Part shown: positions 39,099 through 39,956 of the stretch, piece by piece | Layout of the letters: each line of letters opens with the position of its first letter | How positions within the stretch are numbered: the stretch's first letter is position 1 | Translations under genes and position numbers: made by a program | The notes under the pieces: generated by a model | What the model was told of the DNA's origin: nothing | What the model saw: the letters and a program-made list of their open reading frames with translations, nothing else | Databases searched by the model: none | Source: an uncultured archaeon | GTDB taxonomy: Archaea > Asgardarchaeota > Thorarchaeia > Thorarchaeales > Thorarchaeaceae | Length of the DNA stretch: 39,956 nt | Assembly: GCA_964458565.1 (NCBI GenBank) | Contig: CAYWJO010000030.1 | Coordinates: 1 to 39,956, forward strand | Reading direction: 5' to 3'

Positions 39099-39497
39099 AT
39101 GATTTTGAACCATCAGACGGGCAATCAGATAGAATCTATGCTCAGAGGGATGTTAAAGGATTTGACAAACAATTCGCCGGTTTTGGGTGCCGCCATTTTC
39201 TCAATCGAAGGACTTCCTCTTGTAAGTCATTTTTATGGGGGAACTGAGGAAGTGGCAATTGCAGCAATGGTTGCGAGTATGTACTCAGCAGCTGAACAGA
39301 GTGTTCGAGAGTTAAAACAAGGAAATCTCAAGAATGTAATAGTCCAAGGTGAATTTGGAACTACCGTTGTTATTGCAATTCCTGATGGATACTTGCTATG
39401 TGTAACTGCATCGGAGAATGCGAAACTTGGGCTTGTTTTCAATGATGCAAAAAAAACTGCGCGAGAAACTGGACGCGTTATTCGTGAATTATTATGA
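39099..39497 (+). CDS. roadblock/LC7 domain protein (MglB-like)
   Basis: AAIFSIEGLP, IAAMVASM, VIVQGEFG and AKLGLV. Confidence 0.9.
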   Translation: MILNHQTGNQIESMLRGMLKDLTNNSPVLGAAIFSIEGLPLVSHFYGGTEEVAIAAMVASMYSAAEQSVRELKQGNLKNVIVQGEFGTTVVIAIPDGYLLCVTASENAKLGLVFNDAKKTARETGRVIRELL

Positions 39498-39956
39498 CTT
39501 CACAATCATTTCCCTTTGATCGTCATCCATGCTGGGCTCAGAATAGGCAGAATATAGTTGCCAGGATACATTTGCCTGTAGCACCTAAGTGCAACGTACG
39601 CTGTATATATTGCGATCCAACAATGAATACTTCTTGTCATATATCAAAACCCGGTCAATCCAGTAAAGTTATGTCTGTTAATGAAGCTGTTACACGTACT
39701 ATTCAGTTAATGGATGATAACAGGAATATTGGCTTTGTTGGAATTTCTGGTCCTGGTGAACCACTGTACAATGATGCGACCTTTGAATCACTACGAATCA
39801 TTCGTGAGCTTTTTCCTGAGATAGATTTCTGTCTAAGTACAAATGGTCTCTTGCTGGAAAGTACTCTATCTGAATTGCTTGAACTCAGAATCAGAACGAT
39901 ATCAGTTTCGATGAGTGCCATTTCTCCTATGACTTCTTGGTTGATATACAAGTGGA
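39494..39956 (+). CDS. NifB-like radical SAM protein (5' part, runs off window)
   Basis: Open frame from ATG 39494 (ATGA overlap with the roadblock stop): RHPCW...RIHLPVAPKCNVRCIYC...GISGPGEPL...CLSTNG. Missing from the ORF track because it has no stop in the window. Confidence 0.85.
   Translation, partial: MTSQSFPFDRHPCWAQNRQNIVARIHLPVAPKCNVRCIYCDPTMNTSCHISKPGQSSKVMSVNEAVTRTIQLMDDNRNIGFVGISGPGEPLYNDATFESLRIIRELFPEIDFCLSTNGLLLESTLSELLELRIRTISVSMSAISPMTSWLIYKW

Noticed and set aside
39703-39951. 82-aa minus-strand ORF at the window end
   Set aside because: Antisense to the NifB-like radical SAM frame.
1-39956. CRISPR arrays, IS elements, integrases, rRNA or tRNA
   Set aside because: No regularly spaced repeats, transposase or integrase motifs, or structural RNA genes were seen; intergenic gaps are all short.

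Overview
This is an archaeal chromosomal window, most likely from an Asgard archaeon (Thorarchaeota-like). The assignment is inferred from a thermosome, Rpo6/RpoK, Cdc48, topoisomerase VI, two roadblock/LC7 proteins and a gelsolin-domain protein. Housekeeping genes include ths, rpoK, hisS, a MEMO1 homolog, an aminotransferase and a ThiR-type regulator with a thiamine-type ABC transporter. Main points of interest: (1) a 24.2-34.5 kb cluster of eukaryote-like or uncharacterised genes around hsp20-cdc48 (gelsolin plus Pro-rich protein, roadblock, alpha-SNAP-like TPR/Ig/coiled-coil protein, a small gelsolin/ADF-like protein, a 2-TM protein ending in seven prolines, a V4R-like protein and an AN1-Zn-finger/site-2 protease); (2) a divergent topo VI pair whose A subunit has DMS in place of the TOPRIM DxD, followed by a coiled-coil/wHTH protein, a PD-(D/E)xK nuclease, a roadblock and a NifB-like radical SAM gene; (3) a type III polyketide synthase; (4) an HhH-RpoK fusion; (5) a 93-nt decayed remnant of a glycyl-radical enzyme gene still overlapping its activase; (6) a triple-palindrome candidate ThiR operator. 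No tRNA, rRNA, CRISPR array or IS element was recognised. All family calls come from motifs read by eye; no database search was run.
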